DNA of 64,000 nucleotides. It comes from an uncultured delta proteobacterium (GTDB lineage Bacteria; Myxococcota; Myxococcia; Myxococcales; Myxococcaceae). The stretch covers positions 192,001 through 256,000 of the forward strand of contig CAVQKE010000003.1 in assembly GCA_963713045.1 (NCBI GenBank), written 5' to 3'. The notes below the pieces were generated by a model. That model had not been told where the DNA came from. It was given only the letters and a program-made list of their open reading frames with translations, and did no database searches. The position numbers and the translations under genes are program-made. Positions 19,109-27,661 of the stretch are shown piece by piece. Position 1 is the stretch's first letter. Every line of letters starts with the position of its first letter.

Positions 19109-20197
19109 CTACTCTGGCAAGAAGAAAAGGCCCGTCGGCTTGCCGAAGCCAATCACCGCTGGAGCGATGGTCGCGTAGCCGTTGCCGGTGACGTCAGCAG
19201 GATTGATGTCTAGAGTGCCGACGACGCCAATAACTCCCGAGTCGTTTGGCAACTCGGTGAAGATTTGTCCGGCCGTAAAGGGACCAGTCATCTTCCAGAT
19301 GGTGTTCTTCGTTGCATCGGCCACCAGGAGTGAGCCCGACGCGCCGTTCGGTATCCAGACCGTGTCGTCCATTTCTGAGCCTGTCGCGTAGCGCGTCACT
19401 GCCTGATTCGCTTCTCCAGCATTCGCAATGACGAGCATTTCCTGCCCTGCCTGGTCAATGAGAATCAGCTCGCCCGCCGGGTCCACGTTGAGCGAGTCTG
19501 GGTCGATCACGTTCAGGGTGTAGTTGGTGTTCCCGCTCGCAATGTCGTTCACCCCAGTGGCAGTCCCCGAGAGCGCAGTGGCAAACGTCGCCGTCGTTCC
19601 AGAAATGGTCGCGGTGTAAAGGCAGGGGCCGTTGTGGACGCCATCGGGGTTTGCTGGGTTGGAAGCGACAACAAACAACTTTCCATTCAGGAACCAAAGG
19701 TCATCCAACCCTCCGCCATGAGGTGGGTTGCTCGTCCCATCTGCGAACACCAACGTGTAGGTGGTAATCGCCGCCGTGCCGGTCATCGTCGGGTCAATGG
19801 AGTAGAGGGCGGGGTTGGCGTCCTCGTTCGAGGTCGCCCAGATTTTCTTGCCCACCGTGTCATACCGCAACCCATCGTTGTGCCCGGGAATCGAGTAGCT
19901 GTTGACGATGCTTGTCCCGTCGGCGCTGTACTCGACGATGGTGCTCGCGCCCTCGTTGGCGCCGCCCGTCTTGTTGGAATTGTTCTGATAGCCAACCCAG
20001 ACATGCGTTCCGTCATATTCGATGGAGTCAGGGTTGGGGTTAGTCCCGCCGTCCGCCCAAACGGAAACGAAGTAGCCCGGCAGACCGGGAAGGGCGCTCT
20101 GGGGGCCCGCATCGGCAGGGCTAGTCGAAGAAGAACAGCCCATCGGGCCCGCGGAGAGCACGAGCGCAACACATCCGAGTAGCGGCAAGGGACGCAT
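19109..20197 (-). CDS. Lipoprotein, putative beta-propeller
   Basis: Lipobox PMGC; repeated strand motifs NPDSI, HNDGL, IDPDSL, PTGL. Confidence 0.75.
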   Translation of the reverse strand: MRPLPLLGCVALVLSAGPMGCSSSTSPADAGPQSALPGLPGYFVSVWADGGTNPNPDSIEYDGTHVWVGYQNNSNKTGGANEGASTIVEYSADGTSIVNSYSIPGHNDGLRYDTVGKKIWATSNEDANPALYSIDPTMTGTAAITTYTLVFADGTSNPPHGGGLDDLWFLNGKLFVVASNPANPDGVHNGPCLYTATISGTTATFATALSGTATGVNDIASGNTNYTLNVIDPDSLNVDPAGELILIDQAGQEMLVIANAGEANQAVTRYATGSEMDDTVWIPNGASGSLLVADATKNTIWKMTGPFTAGQIFTELPNDSGVIGVVGTLDINPADVTGNGYATIAPAVIGFGKPTGLFFLPE

Positions 20198-20360
20198 GAG
20201 ACGCCAGCCTTTCCCGGCGTCCAGAACACCGGTCGGCCCTCAGGAATTGAGGGCGTGGCGCGTGTCCCACACCCGGTTGACGTTTCGGCGACACCGAGGC
20301 CCCGTTTCGATGCCAAGCAGCTACGTAGCTGCATCACACCGATGCTCTCCGGCAAACGTT

Positions 20361-23300
20361 TTACACGGAGCCCAAATTCGGTCCCGACGACGAAGCCTTC
20401 GGCCTCTCGGTCCCGCCAGCCAGCAAGGGCACCAAAAACAGCGTGGCCAGCGTTGAAAAAAACAGGCCGCCGACGACGGCGATTGCCAGGGGCCTCAACA
20501 GCACACCCCCCGAACCGATGCCGACCACCAACGGCGTGAGAGCAACCAGGGTGGCCAGCGTCGTCATCAAAATCGGCCGCAGCCGGCTCTGCGGGGCAGA
20601 CGCGAAGGCGTCCCGCCGACCCATCCCACTGGCTTGGAAAGCAATGGCTTGGTCCACCAGCAGGATGCCATTCTTCACCACCAGTCCTACGAGGAGAATG
20701 ATGCCCATCAGGGACGAGACGTTGAGCGACACGCCGGTCACCCACAGCGCCAAGATGGCCCCTCCGACGGCAACCGGCGCCGCCGCCAGGACGGCCGCGG
20801 CGTAGCGAAACGAACGGAGCTGGAAGAGAAGAACGCCGAAGACGCCAGCGACTGCCCCGCAGAACACCGTCAGAAGCGAGCGAAAGCTGCTGCGCTGCTG
20901 GTCCAACAGACCGCCAAGTTCCCACGTGTAGCCAACCGGGAGCTGCAGGCCCTGGAGCCGCTGGAGGACCTGAGCGGCGACAGTGCCGAGACTTGCGTTC
21001 GACAGCCGACCCGTCAGGTGCACCATATTTCGCTGGTTCTCTCGAAGAATGATGGATGACGGACAAGTCTTATTGACTTGGGTGAGGGCGAGAACGGGGA
21101 CCGCGGCGCCGCTCGGTGTGACCACCCGCGCTTCCTCAAGCGCCGCCGGCGGGGGCGGGAGCAGCGGGTCGATGCCACTGAGCTTGACTCGCACATTCTC
21201 CAACCGGTCGCTGCGACGCACTTGGGTCGCCACCTCGCCGGTGAAGGCTGCGGCCAGCTGGTCAGAAATGCTGCTGGTAGAGAGCCCCACCCGCGACGCC
21301 GCAAAGGAGTCGACGCGAAGGTCCGTCTCGGGTGCACAGCCTTCGTCCCCATCGAAGAAGTCAACCAACCCTGGCGTGTCACGAATTCGCCTCGCCGCCT
21401 CCGCCGCTGCTCGACGAAGCACGGACTGGTCTGGGCCGAAGATTTTCACCTCAATGGGCTCCGGTGCGCCCTGGAGGTCTCCCAACATGTCCGTCAGCAC
21501 CTGCACAAACTCGACCCGGAGACCAGGAGCGAGGTGCGCGATGGCCTCTCGCTGAGCGTACATAATTTGGTCGATGCTCCGCTGTCGGTGACTCGCGAGG
21601 CGAACTGCCACATCGCCGCGCGAGGGGAGTGTCGCCACCGGTGGTCCCAGTTCCGTTCCCAATCGCCGGTTGAAAGCCGTCACCTCGGGCGTCTTGCGGA
21701 GCACTTCTTCGATGAATTGTGCGAGGCGGTCCGTTTCTGCCAGCGACGAAGCGACCGGAGCAAAGTAGTCAATGACGTACGAGCCTTCGTCGGCTTCCGG
21801 CAGAAAGTCGGTGGGCAACCGGGTCGTTACCCAGGTTGCCCAAAGCAAGAAGATGGCCGTTCCGCCGAGGGCTCGCACCGGCCATCGAAGGACTTGCCTC
21901 TGCAGACGAGCGAAGAGCCGCTTTGACTCCGGTCGTTGTGCCCTCACCGGCACGCTTCGGAGCCAACGCGCAGCCAGTGCCGGTAGGACGAGCAAAGCCA
22001 CCGGCAGTGAAAGCAGGACTGCCGAGGCAAGCGCCAATGAAAGGGAAAGGAAGAATTGACCTGCCACTCCGGACAGCAAGCCCAATGGAAGGAAGACCAC
22101 CACCGTGGTCAGTGTCGTGCCAACCACTGGCCAGGCGAGTTCATCCGTTCCGCGCTGCGCTGCCAGCTCGGCACTATCGCCAGCCTCCAAGTGCCGGTGG
22201 ATGGCTTCCACCACCACCACGGCGTCGTCGATGACCAAACCGACGGCGATGGCCAGCCCACCCAGCGACATCAAGTTGAGGGTTTGGCCCAGGGCAGCGA
22301 GCACCAACAACGTCGCGCCCAGGGTCAGCGGGAGAGAGCTGGCGACGATGAGCGTCGCCCTCCAGTCCCGAAGAAAGGCTGCGAGCACGATGACGGCGAA
22401 CAGGGCGCCAAACAGCACCGCGTCTCGCACCCCTCGGACACCATCCGATACGAATTCGGACTGGACATAAACCGGTGTGATGGTCACCCCGGAGGGAAGT
22501 GCTGGCCGAAGCTGTCCCAGGGTCGCCCATACGGCCGCCGCGAGTTCAAGCGCGTCGCCACCCGGGCGGCGCGCCACGTTGAGAATCACCCCGGGATGGC
22601 CGTCGGTGCGAATGACGGTCGTCTGTGGCGCGAGGCCTTCGGCGACCTGCCCGAGGTCGGAAATTCGGAGCGGTGCTAGGTCGGTTCCTCCGACGACGGT
22701 CCGGCCCACTTCCTCAGCCGACTGGAAGCTTCCGGTCACCACGCCTAGGGACAGCTCATGGAGGTCTGTGAGCCGGGCGACGGCCTGGATTTGGTTGTGT
22801 TGTCTCAGACGCTCGGCGACTTGCGGAACCGAGAGATGGGCTGCCTCCAGGCGGTTGGTTGCCAGCAGCACTTGCAGCTCCGGAATGTCGGAGGACTGCA
22901 CGGACACTAACCCGGCGCTTGGGAGACCAGACAGCGCCGGGCGCAGCGTGTACTGGGCCAGAAGATAGAGCTCACTAGCGGGATAGGGACCCTCGACATT
23001 GAGCGAGAGAATGGGAAAGCTGCTGGGAAGAACGCGAGTGGCCGTCACCTCGGTCCCGGTCGGCAACCCCTCGCGCAGCTCAGCAATCCTGGCGAGTACC
23101 TGCGGGTGGAGCGCCGTCATGTCCGCATCGGGAGCGAAGTACATCGCGAGCTCCGCACCCCCGCGCACGGTCCGGCTGCGAATCCGCACCACCCCGGGAA
23201 TGGCGGTCAGTACCTCCTCCAAGCGACGGGTAACACCGGCTAGAACGGTCTCCCCTGGCGCGCCGGCCAGGAGGGCCACCACCTGTTCGCGCGGAAAGCT

Positions 23301-23420
23301 GACCTCAGGATAGATGCCCTTCGGGAGATGGCCGGCCTCGAAGGCGCCGCCGACGGCGGCCAGGACGGCAAAGAAGACGAATGCACGCCCGTGGCGCAGC
23401 GCGAACCGCCCGACTGTCAT
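20361..23420 (-). CDS. RND efflux permease (AcrB/CzcA family)
   Basis: NLMSLGGLAIAVGLVIDDAVVVVE, RLRPILMTTLAT; 1019 aa. Confidence 0.93.
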   Translation of the reverse strand: MTVGRFALRHGRAFVFFAVLAAVGGAFEAGHLPKGIYPEVSFPREQVVALLAGAPGETVLAGVTRRLEEVLTAIPGVVRIRSRTVRGGAELAMYFAPDADMTALHPQVLARIAELREGLPTGTEVTATRVLPSSFPILSLNVEGPYPASELYLLAQYTLRPALSGLPSAGLVSVQSSDIPELQVLLATNRLEAAHLSVPQVAERLRQHNQIQAVARLTDLHELSLGVVTGSFQSAEEVGRTVVGGTDLAPLRISDLGQVAEGLAPQTTVIRTDGHPGVILNVARRPGGDALELAAAVWATLGQLRPALPSGVTITPVYVQSEFVSDGVRGVRDAVLFGALFAVIVLAAFLRDWRATLIVASSLPLTLGATLLVLAALGQTLNLMSLGGLAIAVGLVIDDAVVVVEAIHRHLEAGDSAELAAQRGTDELAWPVVGTTLTTVVVFLPLGLLSGVAGQFFLSLSLALASAVLLSLPVALLVLPALAARWLRSVPVRAQRPESKRLFARLQRQVLRWPVRALGGTAIFLLWATWVTTRLPTDFLPEADEGSYVIDYFAPVASSLAETDRLAQFIEEVLRKTPEVTAFNRRLGTELGPPVATLPSRGDVAVRLASHRQRSIDQIMYAQREAIAHLAPGLRVEFVQVLTDMLGDLQGAPEPIEVKIFGPDQSVLRRAAAEAARRIRDTPGLVDFFDGDEGCAPETDLRVDSFAASRVGLSTSSISDQLAAAFTGEVATQVRRSDRLENVRVKLSGIDPLLPPPPAALEEARVVTPSGAAVPVLALTQVNKTCPSSIILRENQRNMVHLTGRLSNASLGTVAAQVLQRLQGLQLPVGYTWELGGLLDQQRSSFRSLLTVFCGAVAGVFGVLLFQLRSFRYAAAVLAAAPVAVGGAILALWVTGVSLNVSSLMGIILLVGLVVKNGILLVDQAIAFQASGMGRRDAFASAPQSRLRPILMTTLATLVALTPLVVGIGSGGVLLRPLAIAVVGGLFFSTLATLFLVPLLAGGTERPKASSSGPNLGSV

Positions 23421-24613
23421 TGTGGCTTCTCGCTGCGGACACCTCCGTCCACCACCTGCACTGCGGTGCCGTCGGGGAGTGAATAGCTGCCGACGAGAAC
23501 GACGCGGTCCCCTGCCCTCAAGCCCGCGAGAATCTCTGCATACTGGGTGTCCTTCACCCCGACCTGCACACCCTGTCGGCGGACGTGCCCGTCGTCCGTC
23601 AGGACATTGACCGAGGTTTCTAGCGAGCCAGGGGCGGCTGGGATGAGGGCCGCGAGCGGCACGCGAATCGCGTCGGGGATGAGGCGAAGCACAATCCGAG
23701 CCTCCGCCGCCACCCCGACCTTCAGACGTCCACCGGGGTTGTTTATCTCCACCCGCACTCGCACCAGGCCGGATGCCGGGTCGACCGCCGGAGAGACCGC
23801 CCGAACCGTGCCTGGCTCCGGCTTTGACGAGCCCGCCACCGCGACGTCGGCAGCTTGCCCTGGCGCGAGCAGACCGGCCCGCGCCGGCGAGGCGCCTCCC
23901 TGAAGCTCGAGGAGGTCGACCTGCGCAATTTCGAGAATGGGCTTGCCAGTGCCGTCCATCGGTTCGCCCACCGCTGCGTAGAGATGGGAGACAACGGCGT
24001 CCATCGAGGCCACGACTTCGCCACGCGTCATCTGGTTCAGCGCGAGGGAAACTCCAGCGGAAGCCGCCTTGACCGCGCCCAGCGCCGCTGTCAGCTGCGC
24101 CTGCATATCCTCCACCTCCTTCCGAGGACCCGCGCCGGCGTCCCAGAGGTCCTCTGCCCTGGCGAGGTGTTGACGGGCATTCAGCGCCTGCCCCTGCGCC
24201 TGCTGGAGCTGGGCCTCGGCCTGCGCGCGACTGTCGCGCAAGGGGGCCGGGTCGAGCCGCGCCAGCACCTGGCCGCGATGGACACTGTCCCCCTCGGCAA
24301 CGTCGAGCTCGGCCAGCCGTCCGGGGACGAGGACACCCAGCCGTGCGCTCTTGCCGGGGGGCGGCTCGAGCGTTCCAGACACCAAGAGCAAGTCGGACAC
24401 AGGCCCTTGGTCAACTGTGCTGACGCTGACCACCGGGTCTGCCGCCACGACGGGCGGCGCCGAGGGACGCGAACAACTCAAGAGGGTGAGGACGGTGCAG
24501 CTGACTCTCAGCGCATGCGACACTCCTGTGAAGCCTCTTTGCCAAGGAAGGCCCACCGCGACGCTGCGGGTAGAGACGTGGATTCTTTGGAAAGCGAAAT
24601 GTCGCTGGGTCAA
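23417..24613 (-). CDS. RND periplasmic adaptor (MFP) subunit (start uncertain)
   Basis: Lipoyl-like GDSVHRGQVLA, coiled coil, GLRAGDRVV; ATGA overlap with the permease. Confidence 0.88.
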   Translation of the reverse strand: MTQRHFAFQRIHVSTRSVAVGLPWQRGFTGVSHALRVSCTVLTLLSCSRPSAPPVVAADPVVSVSTVDQGPVSDLLLVSGTLEPPPGKSARLGVLVPGRLAELDVAEGDSVHRGQVLARLDPAPLRDSRAQAEAQLQQAQGQALNARQHLARAEDLWDAGAGPRKEVEDMQAQLTAALGAVKAASAGVSLALNQMTRGEVVASMDAVVSHLYAAVGEPMDGTGKPILEIAQVDLLELQGGASPARAGLLAPGQAADVAVAGSSKPEPGTVRAVSPAVDPASGLVRVRVEINNPGGRLKVGVAAEARIVLRLIPDAIRVPLAALIPAAPGSLETSVNVLTDDGHVRRQGVQVGVKDTQYAEILAGLRAGDRVVLVGSYSLPDGTAVQVVDGGVRSEKPQ

Positions 24614-24751
24614 GAGCCTTCCCCGGCCGTGCGCGGATGGCCGGGTCCTCCAGTCGAAGGCTTAGCGTCCAACTGAAAACGCTCCAAACCTCCCAGTGCG
24701 CCTGCGCGCTGAAGTAGGCTAGCAGCCTGCAACTCCACGAGGGGAGAACCC

Positions 24752-24937
24752 ATGCTGTTCAGGAAGCTGTTTCAGCTGCTTGTTCTCGGAGGAGCCGTGG
24801 TCGGCACCTCGTCTGCCTGCACACCACGCGCTGAGGCACAGTCCGGGGGCCCCAAGCGGGGGGCGGGCGACGCAGGCCACGCACCGGATGCCGGCCCGAC
24901 GGCCACAGCGCCCGGCGGAGGAGTCCAGGGCTGGTGA
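24752..24937 (+). CDS. 61-aa lipoprotein/precursor-like peptide ending GGGVQGW
   Basis: GAGGGG RBS; hydrophobic leader with SSAC lipobox-like site; GTGA overlap with the next gene. Confidence 0.7.
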   Translation: MLFRKLFQLLVLGGAVVGTSSACTPRAEAQSGGPKRGAGDAGHAPDAGPTATAPGGGVQGW

Positions 24938-25656
24938 CAGTGGCGTTGAAACGCTTGGCCGGCGCCGCTTGGGCCTTTCGCGCCCAGGTCGAAGTGGACG
25001 CAGCGCGCAGGTTCGCACGACTGGCAGCGGCCATCTTTGAGTTCGACCCTGAATCCCCAACCGTCGCGCTGATGCGGCGGGCCGTGGAGGACGAGCAACG
25101 CCACGCTGCGCTGTGCGCAGAGCTTTCGGCGTCCTACGGTGTGGCCGTCCCGACCGAGCCGCCCGCTCTCGCGGACGTCGCACCGGCCAGACTAGCGCCG
25201 CGTCAGGCCTTGCTTTACGAAGTCGTGGCTGCCTGCTGCATTACCGAGACCGAGAGCGTAGCGACACTCGCCACGCTGCTGGCCGAGCAGGCTGAGCCGC
25301 GCGTCCGCGCAGTGCTCCACGAGATTGCTCGAGACGAGGTGGGCCACGGGCGAATGGGCTGGGCCCACCTCGCTCGTGAAGCGACCTTCCTCGATGTCGC
25401 CTTCCTGTCGCCGTGGATTCCCGTGATGCTCACCGGGACCGTCGACGACAGCCTCTTTGCCGTTGCGGACCCGGAGGCCGAGGCAGAGGGTCTTCTTCGC
25501 CACGGTGTTCTTCCCCACTCACAAAAGCGGCAAGTGTTTGTGCGCACACTACTGGACGTGGTCTTCCCCGGCCTGGATGCGCTCGGCGTCGACGCGTCCG
25601 CGGCGCGTGCTTGGCTTGCCGGGCGAGAACACGGCGGCGCCCGCATCACCACCTGA
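24934..25656 (+). CDS. Ferritin-like diiron domain protein
   Basis: Diiron ligand pattern QVEVD...DEQRH...ITETE...RDEVGH. Confidence 0.82.
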   Translation: MTVALKRLAGAAWAFRAQVEVDAARRFARLAAAIFEFDPESPTVALMRRAVEDEQRHAALCAELSASYGVAVPTEPPALADVAPARLAPRQALLYEVVAACCITETESVATLATLLAEQAEPRVRAVLHEIARDEVGHGRMGWAHLAREATFLDVAFLSPWIPVMLTGTVDDSLFAVADPEAEAEGLLRHGVLPHSQKRQVFVRTLLDVVFPGLDALGVDASAARAWLAGREHGGARITT

Positions 25657-25697
25657 ACGTCTCGCCCCGGAACACCGTCAGCCCAGGGACGCCGGGG

Positions 25698-25976
25698 TTA
25701 GAAGTTGCCGGACATTGACGACGGCACCGAGGCGATGAGCGCGGCGGTGAAGAGTGCCCCCCCAGCACCGCCGATGCCGAAGGCCAAGCCCAGCGGACTG
25801 AGCACCCACAGCCGAGCGAGCAGGTCCGGGTAGGCCGTCAAGGCTCCCCCGCTGACGGCCCCCACCACACCAATCACAATGTCCGCAACGACGTTGATGC
25901 CGGTCCAGCGCGCGAAGGCAATGTGCCAGAAGATGCCGAGCACGGCTCCAAGGATGGCGAAGAGAAAGACGCTCAT
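25698..25976 (-). CDS. GlsB/YeaQ/YmgE-like small membrane protein
   Basis: 92 aa, three Gly-rich TM helices, DIVIGVVGA..GG. Confidence 0.6.
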   Translation of the reverse strand: MSVFLFAILGAVLGIFWHIAFARWTGINVVADIVIGVVGAVSGGALTAYPDLLARLWVLSPLGLAFGIGGAGGALFTAALIASVPSSMSGNF

Positions 25977-26081
25977 GGCAGGCCAGGCCCTCCGGTCAGA
26001 TTTCGTCCGCTGGCAGCTTTAGCGTACCCACTGCGGCTGGGGAAGCGTCTTGGACGGAATGCGTCGGACTGCGTGTCGCCG

Positions 26082-27488
26082 TCAGAAGACGTAGGCGAGT
26101 GCGAACAGAAGACTCAACGTCTGTAGCGTGAGCTTCTGCTGCGGTCCGGTCTGGGGAGGTACGCCCGGAGGCGTGACCTGGAACAGCGCAGTGGACGAGC
26201 TTCCAAATTCATAGCCGAGGCCAACCGAGCCCGAGATGCTGGCACTGGTGATGGACACCCCACCCCGAACTCCGGCGAGGGAAATGGACCGGTAAATGTT
26301 GGAGGCCACGTTGCCGGGTGCGTTGTCGGTGTAGAAGCCGGCGTGGAGGTGGACGAGGCTGGTGAGTCGGAAGTGGGCACCCACGTTGAGGTCGAGGACT
26401 CCGCGCGTGCCCCACACTTGAGTCGGGAAGCTACTGACTGTTGTCGCCGGTCCATAGCGAGTGGAGTTGACCGTGAAGACTGGGACCGATGAACTGACGG
26501 CGTCATAGGGGCCTGTGCCTAGAAACCAATGTCCGTCGAGTTCCAGGTCCACTGGGCCGAAGTGGAGAGCAAAGCCTGCGGACAACTCTGCCGGAATCTC
26601 ATAGTTAAAGGTCGCCCCCGTGTCTCGGAAGCTCAGCTGCTGAGTGATGGTGGACGTGCTCGACGTCTCATTGCTGAGCGCTTGGAGCGTCAGACTTCCG
26701 GACCGTAGCAACCGAAGCCCAGGGGGAGAAATCATGCCGCCCAACGCCAGCCAGTCCAGGGCCTCCCATTGAAAGCTGGCAGCGGGGACGACGTGAAAAT
26801 TGTAGCCGCTCAGGGCAATCGTTCTCAGCGAACCCACCGACGTCGTCGCGTTGTGCTCGGAGCCGGTCAGCTGCCCTGAGTTGTTAATGTTGGTGTAGGG
26901 AACCGACAACGAGAAGCCCAAGCGAAATTTTGGGCTCACCGCCCAGCCCATCGCGGATTGCACCTGGAATTGCTGGACTTGCGAGCCCACCTGGTACAGC
27001 GCTTGTGCCGTGGTCGCCGAGGTGCTGGACAGATTGATGCTCTGACCCCAGGCGATGGGATTGCTCACCGCGAACCCGAATCGCAAATTCTTGAGGTGAA
27101 TGGCCTCCTCCCCGAGGACGATTCCGACGAAGTTCGGAACACCACCGACGCTGGAGACTTGAGAACCCTGCTCATTGAATCCCGAACCAGTGAGCAGCGA
27201 TAGTTCGTAGCCTTGGACGCTGGCGTTGATGGTCGTCCGCGTCGAGAGCACCAGTCCTGCTGGGTTGTACCAAACGGCTGGAGCCGTCCAGGCGCGGACC
27301 AAGTCGGCACCCGACTCCAACGACTCGGTCAGTCCGGGAAAGACACGGTTGTAATTCGGTACGAGAATTGTCGGTGGAAAAACCAGTTGAGATAGCTGAG
27401 CGCTCGCTCGCCCGGGGACAAAACAGGCGGTGATGGCCACCCCGAGGATGCATCCCCAGCCACCGAAGCCTGAAGCCTGACGGCCCAT
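26082..27488 (-). CDS. FadL/OmpP1-like outer-membrane beta-barrel
   Basis: Signal peptide, WYNPAGL motif, amphipathic strands, C-terminal LAYVF. Confidence 0.75.
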   Translation of the reverse strand: MGRQASGFGGWGCILGVAITACFVPGRASAQLSQLVFPPTILVPNYNRVFPGLTESLESGADLVRAWTAPAVWYNPAGLVLSTRTTINASVQGYELSLLTGSGFNEQGSQVSSVGGVPNFVGIVLGEEAIHLKNLRFGFAVSNPIAWGQSINLSSTSATTAQALYQVGSQVQQFQVQSAMGWAVSPKFRLGFSLSVPYTNINNSGQLTGSEHNATTSVGSLRTIALSGYNFHVVPAASFQWEALDWLALGGMISPPGLRLLRSGSLTLQALSNETSSTSTITQQLSFRDTGATFNYEIPAELSAGFALHFGPVDLELDGHWFLGTGPYDAVSSSVPVFTVNSTRYGPATTVSSFPTQVWGTRGVLDLNVGAHFRLTSLVHLHAGFYTDNAPGNVASNIYRSISLAGVRGGVSITSASISGSVGLGYEFGSSSTALFQVTPPGVPPQTGPQQKLTLQTLSLLFALAYVF

Positions 27489-27661
27489 GCGCCCCTCTGC
27501 GCAATGCGGAAACTGTCCGCTCAAAACGCTAACGTGCAAGCTACCGCGACTGAACAAAGCGAGCGATGGCCTTTCCTAAGCGGTCTACGGCAGTGGCCCT
27601 CCAGCCTCGCGGGAAAGGCCGCGTCGAGCGGCCCGCACATTCAATGATGTGTCGCGGCACC

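Noticed and set aside
12310..21066. Long alternative-frame ORFs (12310-13473, 13760-14863, 19783-21066 and similar)
   Set aside because: Arg/Pro/Ala-rich shadows of better-supported genes in high-GC DNA.
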